DNA from: Gemmatimonadota bacterium
GTDB taxonomy: Bacteria; Gemmatimonadota; Gemmatimonadetes; Palauibacterales; Palauibacteraceae
Length of the DNA stretch: 64,000 nucleotides
Assembly: GCA_963666735.1 (NCBI GenBank)
Contig: OY762926.1
Location: forward strand, 1,568,001 to 1,632,000
Direction: 5' to 3'
Below are positions 10,530 to 21,149 of this stretch, one piece after another. Numbering within the stretch: the first letter of the stretch is position 1; every line of letters starts with the position of its first letter. The notes beneath the pieces are model-generated. The model did no database searches and had not been told where the DNA came from. It worked only from the letters and a program-made list of their open reading frames with translations. The translations under genes and the position numbers were made by a program.

Positions 10530-11147
10530 TTAGCCGGCTTCGAGTGCTCCGCCGACCATTCGTCCACTGCCCAAGTCCAGGCGGTCGAGAAACTCGAAAT
10601 AGTTTGCCATGAACTCGCGGAGGTCTTCCGGCTCAACAGCGACAAAACGGAAGACCGGGTATTTCTTTTCGGAGAGGAACATGACGTCGTTGATCTCCCG
10701 ATCCTTGGTCCTCGTCACGATGTTGCCGTGTGCCAAGGCGTTGCGCATGATCGCCCCGACTACGGTCCCCGCCTTGACGTTGGGTTGTATGGGCTTGGCG
10801 CTGGCAAATGCCGGCACAAAGTCCGGTTCTTGTGCTCTAACATCTCGGACCTTGCCCTTCCGCCAAGTCGATGGCTCGGCGCCCCAGAGTTGAGACGAAA
10901 GGAAGGGTTCCTCAAGGAGTCTGTTGTACTCGGAGGCCGCCCTCTTGTAGCGGCGACGATCATCCGATGGATGCGGGGTTCGACTTCCCTTTCTGAGTCG
11001 GTCGTAGGGAACGGTCAGACCGACCGTCGTGATCGAGAGCAGGTGGGTCACCTCCAAACCCATATCTTGCGTCGTGGAACCAAGCTCCCCGAGCAGCCTC
11101 GAACAGCGCTGAGGAAAGTCGCTCACGTAATCCTGGTACATAACCAT
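10530..11147 (-). CDS. HEPN-domain putative RNase (pEK499-p136-like)
   Basis: RxxxxH motif MRNALAHGNI and N-terminal DF.QRC..LL....EVTHLLS.....L.VPYDR; lower GC than neighbours. Confidence 0.7.
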   Translation of the reverse strand: MVMYQDYVSDFPQRCSRLLGELGSTTQDMGLEVTHLLSITTVGLTVPYDRLRKGSRTPHPSDDRRRYKRAASEYNRLLEEPFLSSQLWGAEPSTWRKGKVRDVRAQEPDFVPAFASAKPIQPNVKAGTVVGAIMRNALAHGNIVTRTKDREINDVMFLSEKKYPVFRFVAVEPEDLREFMANYFEFLDRLDLGSGRMVGGALEAG

Positions 11148-11248
11148 TCCGATGTCCCATTTTTGAGGGTCTTCAGAGCACTACCGGACCGCAGAACCTC
11201 CGACAATCGTTGTCCGTGCGCACCAGATGATAAGAGTTGCGAGGGACG

Positions 11249-14200
11249 TTACGGAGCGAGGAGGGTCTCCATGTAGCGGTGGCCGGAGTCCGGGAAGAGG
11301 ATGTTCTTCCGGGCAAAGTCGTCGGGGCTCCAGGAGCCGTCGTCGTAGCGGGGGCGGAGGTCGGCGTGGGAGGTGGCGGACACGATATATGAGTCCAGAG
11401 ATACCGTGCCGGCGGGGACGCCGCTCCGTTTCGCGATTGCGTCCGCGAGATCCGCGAGCCGCTCGTGTAGGCGGGCCTTCTCATCCTCCGCGTAGGCGCG
11501 GGCGTGGAGCATGCCGTGCGGCTCGACGAACACGACGCGCTGGTGCCCCCCGTCCATCAGCCACAGGATGAAGTCCGGATAGAAGCCGCGGCCCTCCAGC
11601 GAGAAGCCCACGCCGCGTCCGCGAGCCTGGTTTCGGAGCAGGAAGAGTTCCGCTTTGGGGTGGAGAGTGCTCCCCGAGTCCCGCCACCATTCGCGCAGGT
11701 CGCGCACGAATCGCTTCTCGCTCTCGTTGAGGGGCGGCGGGGAGATCGTCACGTCGGCGTTCGAGGACTCGATGAGCAGTGGCTGGTACAGGTGACGGTC
11801 GAAGTGGATGCGGGCCAGCGGGCCGAGTTCCTGCTCGTAGAGCTTACCCCGCTGTTCGATGAGTTCCACGATCTCGTCGCGCAGAGCGCGGTCGGCGTGC
11901 GGGATCGTCACGACGTAGTGGGGCTCTGGCCCGGCGGGCCAGGCGCTGGCCGCCTCCAAGTCCACGTTCAGCTGAAGGTTGGGATCGGCGGCGTCCACCT
12001 CGCGGTACCTCATGCGCTCGGCCTCCCACGTCCGCTGCTCGGTCTGCCAGCACCGGTCGGCGGTTCGCCGGAGCACCGCGTGCACGATCGCTTGCAGATC
12101 CTCGCGGTCGTGCCAGCTCCGGGGCTCGAAGACGTGCTCGTCGGCCGATACCGTCGCGGCCCCGTCCTCGACGTGCGACCGCAGGCCGGCAGGGCCGGGG
12201 ATGGCCAGGGGCCGCATGCTCTTCTGCCGTCGGTGTTCCATGAGGTCGAGGTACGCCCGCTCCCAGTCCACCAGCCCCAGCGGTAGTTCGGCGGCGGGTC
12301 GCGTGTGCCCGGCTGCGCCCTCCATCGCCTCACTGCTGCGGGCCCCGCTCTCCCAGGAGGAGGCCCGGGTGGCGCGGTCGATCTTCACCGGAAGCCCCAT
12401 TCCAGCATCGAGCGCGAAGTTCGCCTCGGTCTCGAAGTCGCTGCCCACCGGGAGGACCGGAACCACGAGTCCTCGGCCCAAGAACTCCTCGTTGGCCCTA
12501 ACCGGTACGCGCAGCGTCACGCTGTCCCGCGCCTCAAGTCCCTCCCGTTCGAGGTAGGTGCGGAACTTCTTCATATAGTCGGCGCGCACGGCGAAGATGT
12601 TGAGCGTTTCCAAGAGCCCCACCTTGTCCGGGTGCGGTCCCTTCAGATAGGCGCTCCGCTTGAGGGACATCCCCCTGCCCTTGAGCCGCACGCCGCGGCC
12701 GAAGAGCTGGATGATCTCGGAACCCTCGGCCCGTCCCACGTTCATGAGGCCCATGTTCGACACGCGCCACGAGTTCCAGCCCTCCACGAACTTCTTGGCG
12801 CCGATGAGGACGTTGACCGTGGCCCCGGCCTCGTTCACCCGGCCGAACATCGAGCCGCCAACGGCGTCTTTTTCGAAGATGATCCCGGCATCGGCCGCCC
12901 GCGCCAACTTCTTGAACTTCGACGTGTCGCCGATGTAGGTGAGGCCGAAGTACTCATCCGACCCGAATGCCTTCAGGCCGATCTCGCCGGGAGCGCCGCG
13001 AATATCGCACAGGCGCAGCCCGCCGGGGCCCTCGGCGCGGAACACGGTGCGCAGGATGTCGGCGTAGATCTGGTCCGGGGACTCCCCGAGCTTCGCCAAC
13101 TCGTTGAAGCGGTCCGCGAACAGATCCACGTTCCACGCCGCATACAGCCCCGACTCGCCCCGTAGCAGCTTCGCGATCGTCTCCCGTGCCCAGTTGGGCT
13201 CGTTGAGCACACGGTGGAGGAAGAGTTGCACGGCAAGCACGTCGCTCGTGTCCCGCCCGCGCCGCCTGTAGACCGCGTTCACGCTCCCGCCCACAAACAC
13301 CCACAGCGGCTTCTCCAGATTGTAGACGCGCAGCGCGGAGGCGTTCTCACGGTGGGCGCGGAGCTGCTCGTAGAAAGAGAGGAGGTTGCCGAACAGAAGC
13401 TGGTCGGCGAGTTCCGGCGGCGGGTCCTTGCCCGACACGTTGAGGACGCGGAAGTCCTTGCCGAACCCGTCGCGGTGGAAGTAGGGGTACGAATAGTCGA
13501 ACAGGATCGACTTGCCGTAGTCGAGCGTGAGCTGGTTGTCGCGCGCAGCCGCCAGCGCCTGCCCGAAGGTCGCGCTGTACTCGAAGGTGAAGCCCCGGGC
13601 GGCCACGGCATCGCGCACCGCCCGCCACGCCTCCCCGCTCGCGCCCCGGTGACCCTCGTCCACGAATACGAGGTTGCGGTCGCCGAGCGCGGCCACTTCG
13701 ATGCTGACGCCCGTCCCCCTCCCGCGCCGCTTGTCGACCAGCTTCGTGATCTCGGTCACCCTCACGGTGCGGCGCCCGCCCGCCAGGAGTCCCGCCTCGC
13801 CGAAGCGCGCCGACGGGATGCCGGACGCGGCCATCTCCTCCATGTGCTGGGCGCTCAGTCCCTCGTTGGGCGTGATGAGGATGATGTTGTCCAGCCCCTC
13901 CGCCCCGCCGTAGTGGAGGAACTGGAGGTAGTTGAGGTGCATGATGAGCGTCTTGCCGCTGCCCGTCGCCATCCAGAAAGCGAGCTTGTTCAGGTCGTCC
14001 GGCGTGATCTCCCGGAGCGGGTACGAAGTGCCCAAGCCGTGGACCTTCTCCCGAACGTAGCGGTGGATCTCCCTCGCGAGGGCTTCCGGGGCGGTGGCCC
14101 GCCGGTCAAGGAAGAGTTCCGCGTACAGCGCCGCGAGTTGCTGGAAGTACCGTAAGGTGATCGGCTCGCGCCGTCCCCTGTTTATGGAGTCGAGGTGGCG

Positions 14201-14434
14201 TCGCACGTTGTCGTCGTACCGAGCCAGGTCGCCGGGCTCGACCAACAGGCTTTCTCGGCTCGCGAGCGTGCGGGCCACATGGCTGCGACCGTCCTCGTAC
14301 CCCTCGCGCGCATCCTTCAAGGCGTCGAAGAGCGCCTGGTTGGTCTCGAACCCGAACTGCCGGTTCGCCCAGCCCAGGAGCAGGAGTTCCGCCTCGAGTC
14401 GGCGGAGAATGGTGCTGGGGCGGCTAGGGGTCAT
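11249..14434 (-). CDS. res: Type III restriction enzyme Res subunit (SF2 helicase plus PD-(D/E)xK nuclease)
   Basis: MATGSGKT, FVDEGH, YSATF, QLFGRGVRL, C-terminal FYPDFILW...VFVEPHG; ATG 14434 overlaps the mod stop (TGATG). Confidence 0.9.
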   Translation of the reverse strand: MTPSRPSTILRRLEAELLLLGWANRQFGFETNQALFDALKDAREGYEDGRSHVARTLASRESLLVEPGDLARYDDNVRRHLDSINRGRREPITLRYFQQLAALYAELFLDRRATAPEALAREIHRYVREKVHGLGTSYPLREITPDDLNKLAFWMATGSGKTLIMHLNYLQFLHYGGAEGLDNIILITPNEGLSAQHMEEMAASGIPSARFGEAGLLAGGRRTVRVTEITKLVDKRRGRGTGVSIEVAALGDRNLVFVDEGHRGASGEAWRAVRDAVAARGFTFEYSATFGQALAAARDNQLTLDYGKSILFDYSYPYFHRDGFGKDFRVLNVSGKDPPPELADQLLFGNLLSFYEQLRAHRENASALRVYNLEKPLWVFVGGSVNAVYRRRGRDTSDVLAVQLFLHRVLNEPNWARETIAKLLRGESGLYAAWNVDLFADRFNELAKLGESPDQIYADILRTVFRAEGPGGLRLCDIRGAPGEIGLKAFGSDEYFGLTYIGDTSKFKKLARAADAGIIFEKDAVGGSMFGRVNEAGATVNVLIGAKKFVEGWNSWRVSNMGLMNVGRAEGSEIIQLFGRGVRLKGRGMSLKRSAYLKGPHPDKVGLLETLNIFAVRADYMKKFRTYLEREGLEARDSVTLRVPVRANEEFLGRGLVVPVLPVGSDFETEANFALDAGMGLPVKIDRATRASSWESGARSSEAMEGAAGHTRPAAELPLGLVDWERAYLDLMEHRRQKSMRPLAIPGPAGLRSHVEDGAATVSADEHVFEPRSWHDREDLQAIVHAVLRRTADRCWQTEQRTWEAERMRYREVDAADPNLQLNVDLEAASAWPAGPEPHYVVTIPHADRALRDEIVELIEQRGKLYEQELGPLARIHFDRHLYQPLLIESSNADVTISPPPLNESEKRFVRDLREWWRDSGSTLHPKAELFLLRNQARGRGVGFSLEGRGFYPDFILWLMDGGHQRVVFVEPHGMLHARAYAEDEKARLHERLADLADAIAKRSGVPAGTVSLDSYIVSATSHADLRPRYDDGSWSPDDFARKNILFPDSGHRYMETLLAP

Positions 14435-17103
14435 CAGCCGCCTGTGCCGCCCGCTGGCGCGAACATGCGCTGCTTGAAGAGGTTGTCCAGCGGACGCGCG
14501 TCCTCCACCATCGAGTCCCCGTTCATCCAGATCTCGTCCGCCCCCGCCGTCAGGTCGTGCTTCGCCACGAAGTCCCGATCCCGCTCCCGGTCCTCCGCCG
14601 TCCACCCCTCGGTGGTCCGCCAGATGACGACCGCTGATCGCCCATCCCGCGTGTCGCCGGTGTAGACGAGATAGCGGCGGCCATCGTCGTCGTACGTCCG
14701 CCGCGTGCGGACGGCGAGCCCGAGCAGGTAGTTGAAGGTCTCCGCGAGATCCACCCTCTCATCCGACCCGTCCCCGTTTCCACCTAGGCGGAGCTTGTAA
14801 TCGAACGGCCGTTCCAGTGCCGCGACGTTGAGCAGGGTGGCGCTCCCCTTGGTCTCCCAGCGGAGCATGTAGCGCAGCAGGTAGTCCTCCAGCTCGAACA
14901 GACTCTCCTCCGCCTCCTCGAACTCGATGTTGTTCAGCGCGTCTTCGTAGCTCTCCAAGCGGAAGTACTTGATGATGCGCGGGCCACGCTCGGACTCCTC
15001 CGCCGTGGCCTCCCGCTTCGCCACCCCGTTCTTCCACTCCGGGGAGAACGCCACCTTCTTCAGCCGTGGCATCACGACGGTGTCGAAGTGCTCACCCATC
15101 TCCACGAGGATGAACTTGCGGCGGCCTCCGTCCTCACGATTGAGGTTGATGACGGCGTGCCCGGTGGTGCCCGATCCCGCGAAGTAGTCGAGGGTGGTGG
15201 ACGAACCGTCCATGCCGCAAACCCGCAGGCAGTCCTCGACTAGCCCCACCGCCTTGGGATAGTCGAAGGGTTTGGCTCCGAACAGATCCTTGGAGGTCCG
15301 GGGACCGCGATTTGACGAAGCGTAGCGCGGTTCACCCCACCAAGTCTTGGGAATCGCCTTCGTGTCCATCCGGATCATGAAATCTACGCTTATGGTCCCA
15401 TTCTTCCGCCGAACACGGTATTGTTCCGGGTTGCTGGTGATCTTCTCCGGACCGTGGTGCCAGTTCTTCTCTATGATCTCCTCTCCCTCGCCTCTGACAG
15501 GCAGGATCTCGACTTCGTCCTCTTCGGGAGCTTCGAGCACGTCGTATCGGCGCTCGGCCGCGATGTACCGAAGCTTCGGCACGCGGATCCGATCGTCCTT
15601 TGCGACATAGATCGGGAAGAACAGCTTGGGCCGGTCCTCACGACGGTCGTTGGAGCCGTGCCGTATCAAGTTGTTCCAATCGTAGCGACCGATTTCGTCC
15701 TCGAATCGGTAACGCGCGAGCTCCCGCTCCGTCTTCAGTAGCGATCCCGGCGCCGCCTGTTCGTTTCCGAAGAACAGCGCGAATTCGTGGCTCGGCGAAA
15801 GCTGCCCTCGCGACTTGCGGCCAGCCGGATTGGAGCGCACGACAACGGTGCCGAGCTCCTTCGGCAGGAGATCCTGCATGAGCATCCGCAGCCGGGAGAC
15901 CTCTTCGTCGTCGATCGCGCAACTCAGGATGCCTGTTGGTCCAAGCAGTTCCCGGGAGAGCGACAGTCGGTCCGAGATCAGCGACAGCCAGGAGGAGTCC
16001 TTGTAGTTGTTCTTATACAGAATCGCCGAGGCGGCCGTATTGTACGGTGGATCGATGTAGATGCTGGAAAGCCCTGCCCGGTATCGTTCCTCCAGCAGAT
16101 TCAAAGCCTGCCAACTCTCGCTCTTTACGAGTAGGCCGTCCGTCTTGTCGTCGACATCGTCGAGCGCGGCGAGCAACTCGTCAACGACCTCCGGATCGAA
16201 GTGTCGGGTATCGACGAGGATGCCCGGATTGCGCGACAGGAAGTCGCGCCTGGTAGCTGCAGAATCGTCAACACGGTCGAACAGAGATTCGTCGTTCGGG
16301 AGGCATCCCAAGGCCCGCCATTCGTTCCACTGTTCATCGCACTCCAGCACGTACGGGTGAAGCTCCTCCGGCAGCAGCCTTGCGGCCACGCAGTACTGAA
16401 CGTCAACGACGAACTTCCGTTTCTCCCAGAGCATCTTCTGGAAGCCCTCGATCTGCGCGAGGAATTCGATCACGTTCCGGCCGACCTCGCGGATCACGCG
16501 CATTTTGTCGAGCCAAGCGTCGGCTCCCCGCTCCCCGCCTGCCTCGATTGCGTCGAGACTCAGAACCTCCGACTTGAGATAGAAATCCAACTCGCGTGCG
16601 AGGAACCCCATCAGATCGCGATGCACGAAATAGTCCGAAGTGATCCGGCGGGCAAAGCGACGGGCGTGGTGCGTGAACAGCGTCGGTGCATCGTCGGCCC
16701 CCGCTCCTCCCCAACGGTCCAGCAGTGCCTGCGCTGCTTCCGGGTTTCCGGTCAGCGATTCGAGGATCGCCGCCTCGGCACGCTCCAGGATGGCGTCTTG
16801 CTGCCCGTTCCTGCCCATCTCCCTTGCCTCCGCGGGAGTGAGCGGACGGTGATCGAAAGGCAGATCGAGCGTGCGGCTCGCGTCATGCCATTCGGCGGCG
16901 TCCAGGCGGGGGAAGAAGAAGCGCCTCTTGCCTTTGACGTCGTTCTGGTCGATGTCCGCCGTGCGCAGGAAGAGACGGATCGAGACTCCAGACGGCGTCC
17001 GGTAGGTGTAATCCTTGAAGTGCTCCGCCGACTTCACGTAGTACTGGTCGCGGTTCGCCCAGTGGAAGTGGATCTCCTCGCCGTTGTAGGGGACGACGTA
17101 GGG
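14434..17103 (-). pseudogene. mod: Type III Mod N6-adenine methyltransferase, 3' part (gene split by IS)
   Basis: IYIDPPYNT (motif IV) precedes DYFAGSGTTGHAV (motif I), beta-class order; frame continues upstream of the called ORF as PYVVPYNGEEIHFHWANRDQYYVK up to the IS. Confidence 0.9.
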
Positions 17104-17139
17104 GCGGAACCTGCCAACGAATGTGAGACACTTTCCGAT

Positions 17140-18177
17140 TCAGTTTAGTGAGGCCTCCTTCCTCCCGTTGGCCGACTCCGATCCATCAACCGGCGTGACG
17201 GGGAGTGCGCGGTTGATCCAGACTTCCTCCGGGAGTTCCACAGCCCTCGGCGGGCCGACGACGAAGCGGTCGGGGCGGGCGGCGTAGGCCGCGGCCAGCA
17301 CGTTCCGCCGTTGCTCGATCACCTCGGGGGCGCGGCCGAGGTGGACCTGCTCGGGGGTGAGCAGGCCGATGCCGCCGTGGCGGTGTTGGGTGTTGTACCA
17401 CTGGAAGAACTCCCGGCAGAAGTCCTTCGCCTCCTCGATGCAGCCGAACCGACCGGGGAAGCCCGGGTGATACTTGAGGGTCTTGAAGTGCGCCTCCGAG
17501 TACGGGTTGTCGTTCGAGACCCTGGGGCGGCCCAGCGACTGCGTGACGCCCAGGTCGGCCAGGAGCTGCGCCGTGCACTTGGCCGTCATGGGGGATCCCC
17601 GATCCGAGTGCAGCGTGAGGACCCGGGGCCGCACACCGTGCCTGAGACACGTCTCGCCGACCAAGTGTCCGGCCAGGCCTGCGGTCTCGCGCTCCGCCAC
17701 CATCCATCCGGTGACGTAGCGGCTGTAGATGTCCAGGATCACGTACAGATAGAAGTACCGCCACTTCTCCGGCGCCAGCAGCCGGGCGATGTCCCAAGAC
17801 CACACCTCGTTCGGTGCCTTGGCCACCACCTCGGGCTTCGGGTGGTTGGGATGGCTGCGCTGAGCCCGGCGCTCGCGGACCGCCCGGTTCTCGGCCAGGA
17901 TCCGGTACATCGTCCGCTCCGAACACAGATAGACGCCCTCGTCCAGCAGCGTCGCGTACACCTCCGCCGGCGCGCGGTCGGCGAAGCGCGGCGAGCACAG
18001 CACGCCGAAGACCTCCGCCCGCTCCGCCGCGTCCAGGGCCCGGGCGGGAGCCGGCCGGGGCCGCCGCCGCCCGGTCTTCGGCCTCCGGCGACGGTAGAAC
18101 GTGGCGCGCGCGACCCCGAGGGCCTCGCACGCCGCGCGTACGCCCACGTGCCCGGCCAAGCCTCCGGCCGCGCTCAA
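17140..18177 (-). CDS. IS3-family transposase OrfB (DDE integrase core)
   Basis: PNEVWSWDI, LHSDRGSPM, SNDNPYSEAHFKTLKY. Confidence 0.93.
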   Translation of the reverse strand: MSAAGGLAGHVGVRAACEALGVARATFYRRRRPKTGRRRPRPAPARALDAAERAEVFGVLCSPRFADRAPAEVYATLLDEGVYLCSERTMYRILAENRAVRERRAQRSHPNHPKPEVVAKAPNEVWSWDIARLLAPEKWRYFYLYVILDIYSRYVTGWMVAERETAGLAGHLVGETCLRHGVRPRVLTLHSDRGSPMTAKCTAQLLADLGVTQSLGRPRVSNDNPYSEAHFKTLKYHPGFPGRFGCIEEAKDFCREFFQWYNTQHRHGGIGLLTPEQVHLGRAPEVIEQRRNVLAAAYAARPDRFVVGPPRAVELPEEVWINRALPVTPVDGSESANGRKEASLN

Positions 18178-18608
18178 GAGCGCTTCCCGTCCCCGGGGCT
18201 CACGCCCGGCAGCCCCGCAACTTTTCCCTGGACATCGATGATGATGCGCGCCTTGCGGAGTTCCTCGCGCAACCGCGCGTTCTCCCGCTCCAGCTTCCGC
18301 ACCCTCCTCGCCTCACGCTTCCCGCCCGAGGGCTTCGGTCCGCGTCTCTTCGCCAGCCCCCGCAGCGATCCCTCCCGCGCCGCTTTCCGCCACGCCGACA
18401 GGTGCGAGCCGTACAATCCCTCGCGCCGAAGCAACGCTCCGATCTCGCCCGACGTCTCGCAGGCGTCCGCCTCCTCGACGATCGACAGCTTGTACGCCGC
18501 CGTGAAGCGCCGCCGCGTCGCCTTCGCCGACACCTCCGGATCCGCCGCGGAAGCCGCCGCGCTTCGCCCGCCCTCCCCTGAAGAGAGGGGCGTTCCGTTC
18601 ACCTTCAT
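18174..18608 (-). CDS. IS3-family transposase OrfA (HTH)
   Basis: RRRFTAAYKLSIVEEADAC...IGALLRREGLYGSHLSAWR; stop overlaps the orfB start. Confidence 0.9.
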   Translation of the reverse strand: MKVNGTPLSSGEGGRSAAASAADPEVSAKATRRRFTAAYKLSIVEEADACETSGEIGALLRREGLYGSHLSAWRKAAREGSLRGLAKRRGPKPSGGKREARRVRKLERENARLREELRKARIIIDVQGKVAGLPGVSPGDGKRS

Positions 18609-18699
18609 TCCTTCTCCTCGTTCCATCCTCAATCTCTCTGTCTCGCCCTACTCTAATCTCTTGCTCCTCTCGTGTCTCGCGCGTGTTGGCAGAGAGGGG

Positions 18700-19212
18700 A
18701 TGCTCCCACGAATAGCGTCGCTTCGGAACGAAGTCGCCGTCCTGGTAGTACCGGCTGAAGAAGGCGTACAGGTGGTTGTAGATGTCGCGCCGCACGTCTC
18801 CGGCCGACTCGGCGTGGCGTGCCCGCTCGCGCCACAGGATGTACTTCTTCCCGAGCGGAGTCTCCTCGTACTTGACGAGTTCTCCGTTCGGCGCGATCAC
18901 ATTCTCGCCGAAGGAGTCCACAACCTGCTGCCGCGTTTCCTCGAAGGTGTCGGCCCGCTTCCCCTCGGTCTCGAGGGCCCCTTCGCTTACGGCCTCCTCG
19001 ATGGCGCCCGGCAGATCCCGGTCGATGTAGCGGTCGATGACCTCCCGCTTGTGGTTCATGATCCGGTAGATGCCGAAATCCAGATCCGCGCAGTCGAACT
19101 GGAACAACTCGCGCAGGAGCCCCTGGAACCGGGCCTGCTCCTCCGGCGGCGGCGAGGCCTGTGTCGAGGCGTTCTTCGGTGCCCACCGCTTGTGGAACGG
19201 TGTTCGTGTCAA
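18700..19212 (-). pseudogene. mod: Type III Mod methyltransferase, 5' part
   Basis: GGGAG RBS then TTG 19212; LLRELFQFDCADLDFGIYRIMN...IYNHLYAFFSRYYQDGDFVPKRRYSWEH, joining in frame to the 3' part if the IS is removed. Confidence 0.88.
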
Positions 19213-19688
19213 CCTACGGCTCCCGGTCCGGTGGAACGGGTCGGCAGGGATTCGACGGGGTCCGTGTACCGAGTAGCATGGCACGGAGTTTGCGCCAGAA
19301 CGTGGCTTGAGGCAATGCGCCCGGCGGCAGGCCCCGGTGCAAGAGCAAAGCTGTTGCCCGGAACGTCCACGCTTCTATTGCGTCCACGGTGCGTCGGGAC
19401 ACACGGTTACCGAGGATCGACCCCATCGAGTCCAGAGAAAACGGGTGCGCAAGCCCGATGGCGGAGGGTCGTGCTTCAGCTGCTTCAGGGCCGGGGGCAC
19501 CGGAAGGTGCAGGCGCGCTTGGCGGCGAAGCGGATCCGAGCGCGCAAGAATCGGGTCTTGCGGCCAACGCAGGAGCACGGGTTGCCGGCAACTGCCGCCC
19601 CAGCACCCTCCCATGTTCACCGACCTTAGGTGGTTCCAGATGGCCGTGTCGAGTATTCTTAGGTGGGTGATGCGGCGGTACATCAGGG

Positions 19689-21149
19689 GTGGCTCCGATG
19701 GAAATCCAAGAGATTCACAACAGAATCCGTGATCGATTTGCGTACCTTTCCGCTACGGTGGAAGGCGCGTCTGCGATGGGGCAGAGCGACATCCACCGCC
19801 TGTCCGAGGCCATCGTTTGCCCTGTCCTCAAGATCGTCCTGAAACTCCCGGCTCTTCGCAATCTCAACTCGGTTGAGCGAGACAACTTCCCCGGCATCGA
19901 TCTTGGAGATCCCGTAGCCGGCGTTGGCATCCAAGTCACCGCCCGCGCGGATGCTCCGAAGATCCGGAGCACGATCAAGAAGTGCATCAGCCACGGCCTT
20001 CATCAGACCTATCCGCACCTTCGCTTCTTTGTGTTGACCAAGAAGCAGAGTACGTACCGCCTTAACGTGAAGCCTGATCTCAGCGGCAAGCTAAGATTCG
20101 ACCCCCGTGTGGACATTCTCGACTACACAGATGTTCTTAAGGTCCTCGCGAAGCTCCCCACAGCAGACCTATCGGCCGTGGAAGAAGTTCTTGAGGCCGA
20201 TCTCGGCATACGCTCCGCACCCAGCATACGCAGCTCCTGGACTTCCACGGAGGAGCACGGCTGGCTCAACCTACTCCCAATCACTTTCCCTTCTCGATTG
20301 TATCTCGGAGAGGTGATTCCAGAGGCGCGACCCAGGAGCCGCTCGCGGCACCGCAATCCTCGCCATCTTGCACGAAAGTATTTGTCTGACAACAGGCTAA
20401 CGTTCTCATCCGATTGGAGTATCTACGATGGTCAGGTCATCACTTTTCACGACCTCCGGCAACGTGATCTGCCGCTATCGCGACTGGTCGATCCTGGCAC
20501 GGTGACCGATTTCGCCACCGAGGAGTACCACAGCGTTGACAACAACTACCGTCACGCCTTCAAGCATCTTCTCCGCCTCTGCATGCAACAGATGCTCTAT
20601 CGCCGCGGGGTTTTCTGGCAACATAAGGTCGGGCTTTTCTGCTTCGGCCCTCCTGACGACGGACGCATGAAGCGATATGAGTCCTGGGGCGACAAGAAGA
20701 CTGCGACTCGATTGGTGTTCAAGCGCGTACCGAAGCGGGACGCGCCAGAAGAAATTTACCATTGCAAACATTTCGCTTTCCGTGCCACTTTTCACGTGCT
20801 CTCTTCGACTTGGTATGTGTCGATCCGACCTGAGTGGTTCTTCAGTTACAATGGTTATCACAGGTGGTTCCACGGCGCTGAGAGGGTCGACTACTTGAAG
20901 CGCCGCGAGAAGAACCAAACGGTGTTCAATCACGTCAAGTTTCTTGCGCATTTTCTCGGCGGGGGGACGCATCCCGACCTCTTCCGGACCCTGCCGACTT
21001 ATCCCTTTCTCACGTTTGGACCACTCGCATCCGTCGCCGGCCTTCCGCAGCTCGATGACAATCTTTGGCGATCTGCCGAAGTAGGGCCGATCCATGCGAC
21101 ACTTGTGGATCCGAAGGGTGTGATTCCCCTCGAGTTGGAGGGCTGGTGA
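19689..21149 (+). CDS. SMEK (restriction-endonuclease-like) domain fused to APAZ domain; effector partner of short Argonaute
   Basis: N-terminal DIHRLSE...LRNLN...NFPGIDLGD...IQVTA...KIRST (SMEK-like); C-terminal NLLPITFP.....ITFHDL...FKHLLR...KHFAFRATF....WYVSIRPEWFFSYNG...LKRREKNQTVFNHVKFL (APAZ-like). Start GTG 19689 or ATG 19698. Confidence 0.8.
   Translation: MAPMEIQEIHNRIRDRFAYLSATVEGASAMGQSDIHRLSEAIVCPVLKIVLKLPALRNLNSVERDNFPGIDLGDPVAGVGIQVTARADAPKIRSTIKKCISHGLHQTYPHLRFFVLTKKQSTYRLNVKPDLSGKLRFDPRVDILDYTDVLKVLAKLPTADLSAVEEVLEADLGIRSAPSIRSSWTSTEEHGWLNLLPITFPSRLYLGEVIPEARPRSRSRHRNPRHLARKYLSDNRLTFSSDWSIYDGQVITFHDLRQRDLPLSRLVDPGTVTDFATEEYHSVDNNYRHAFKHLLRLCMQQMLYRRGVFWQHKVGLFCFGPPDDGRMKRYESWGDKKTATRLVFKRVPKRDAPEEIYHCKHFAFRATFHVLSSTWYVSIRPEWFFSYNGYHRWFHGAERVDYLKRREKNQTVFNHVKFLAHFLGGGTHPDLFRTLPTYPFLTFGPLASVAGLPQLDDNLWRSAEVGPIHATLVDPKGVIPLELEGW

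Larger units (their letters stand above)
17104..18696 (-). mobile_element. IS3-family insertion sequence inside mod
   Basis: orfA/orfB pair; subterminal inverted repeats CTGCCAAC.......GAGACAC at both ends; GGG on both flanks (exact ends ambiguous by 1-2 nt in G runs). Confidence 0.88.

Noticed and set aside
18313..19284. 323-aa ORF as an independent gene
   Set aside because: It is the mod 5' fragment reading through into IS sequence.
17311..19629. 772-aa plus-strand ORF
   Set aside because: Antisense to the IS3 genes and mod 5' part; crosses an IS junction.
19213..19688. Short ORFs or a possible ncRNA between mod and SMEK-APAZ
   Set aside because: No recognisable motif, repeat or convincing structure; treated as a divergent promoter region.
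21065..21145. N-terminal extension of the Argonaute ORF
   Set aside because: Overlaps the upstream gene; GTG 21146 has a GGAGG RBS and matches the usual short-pAgo start before EPxLEF.
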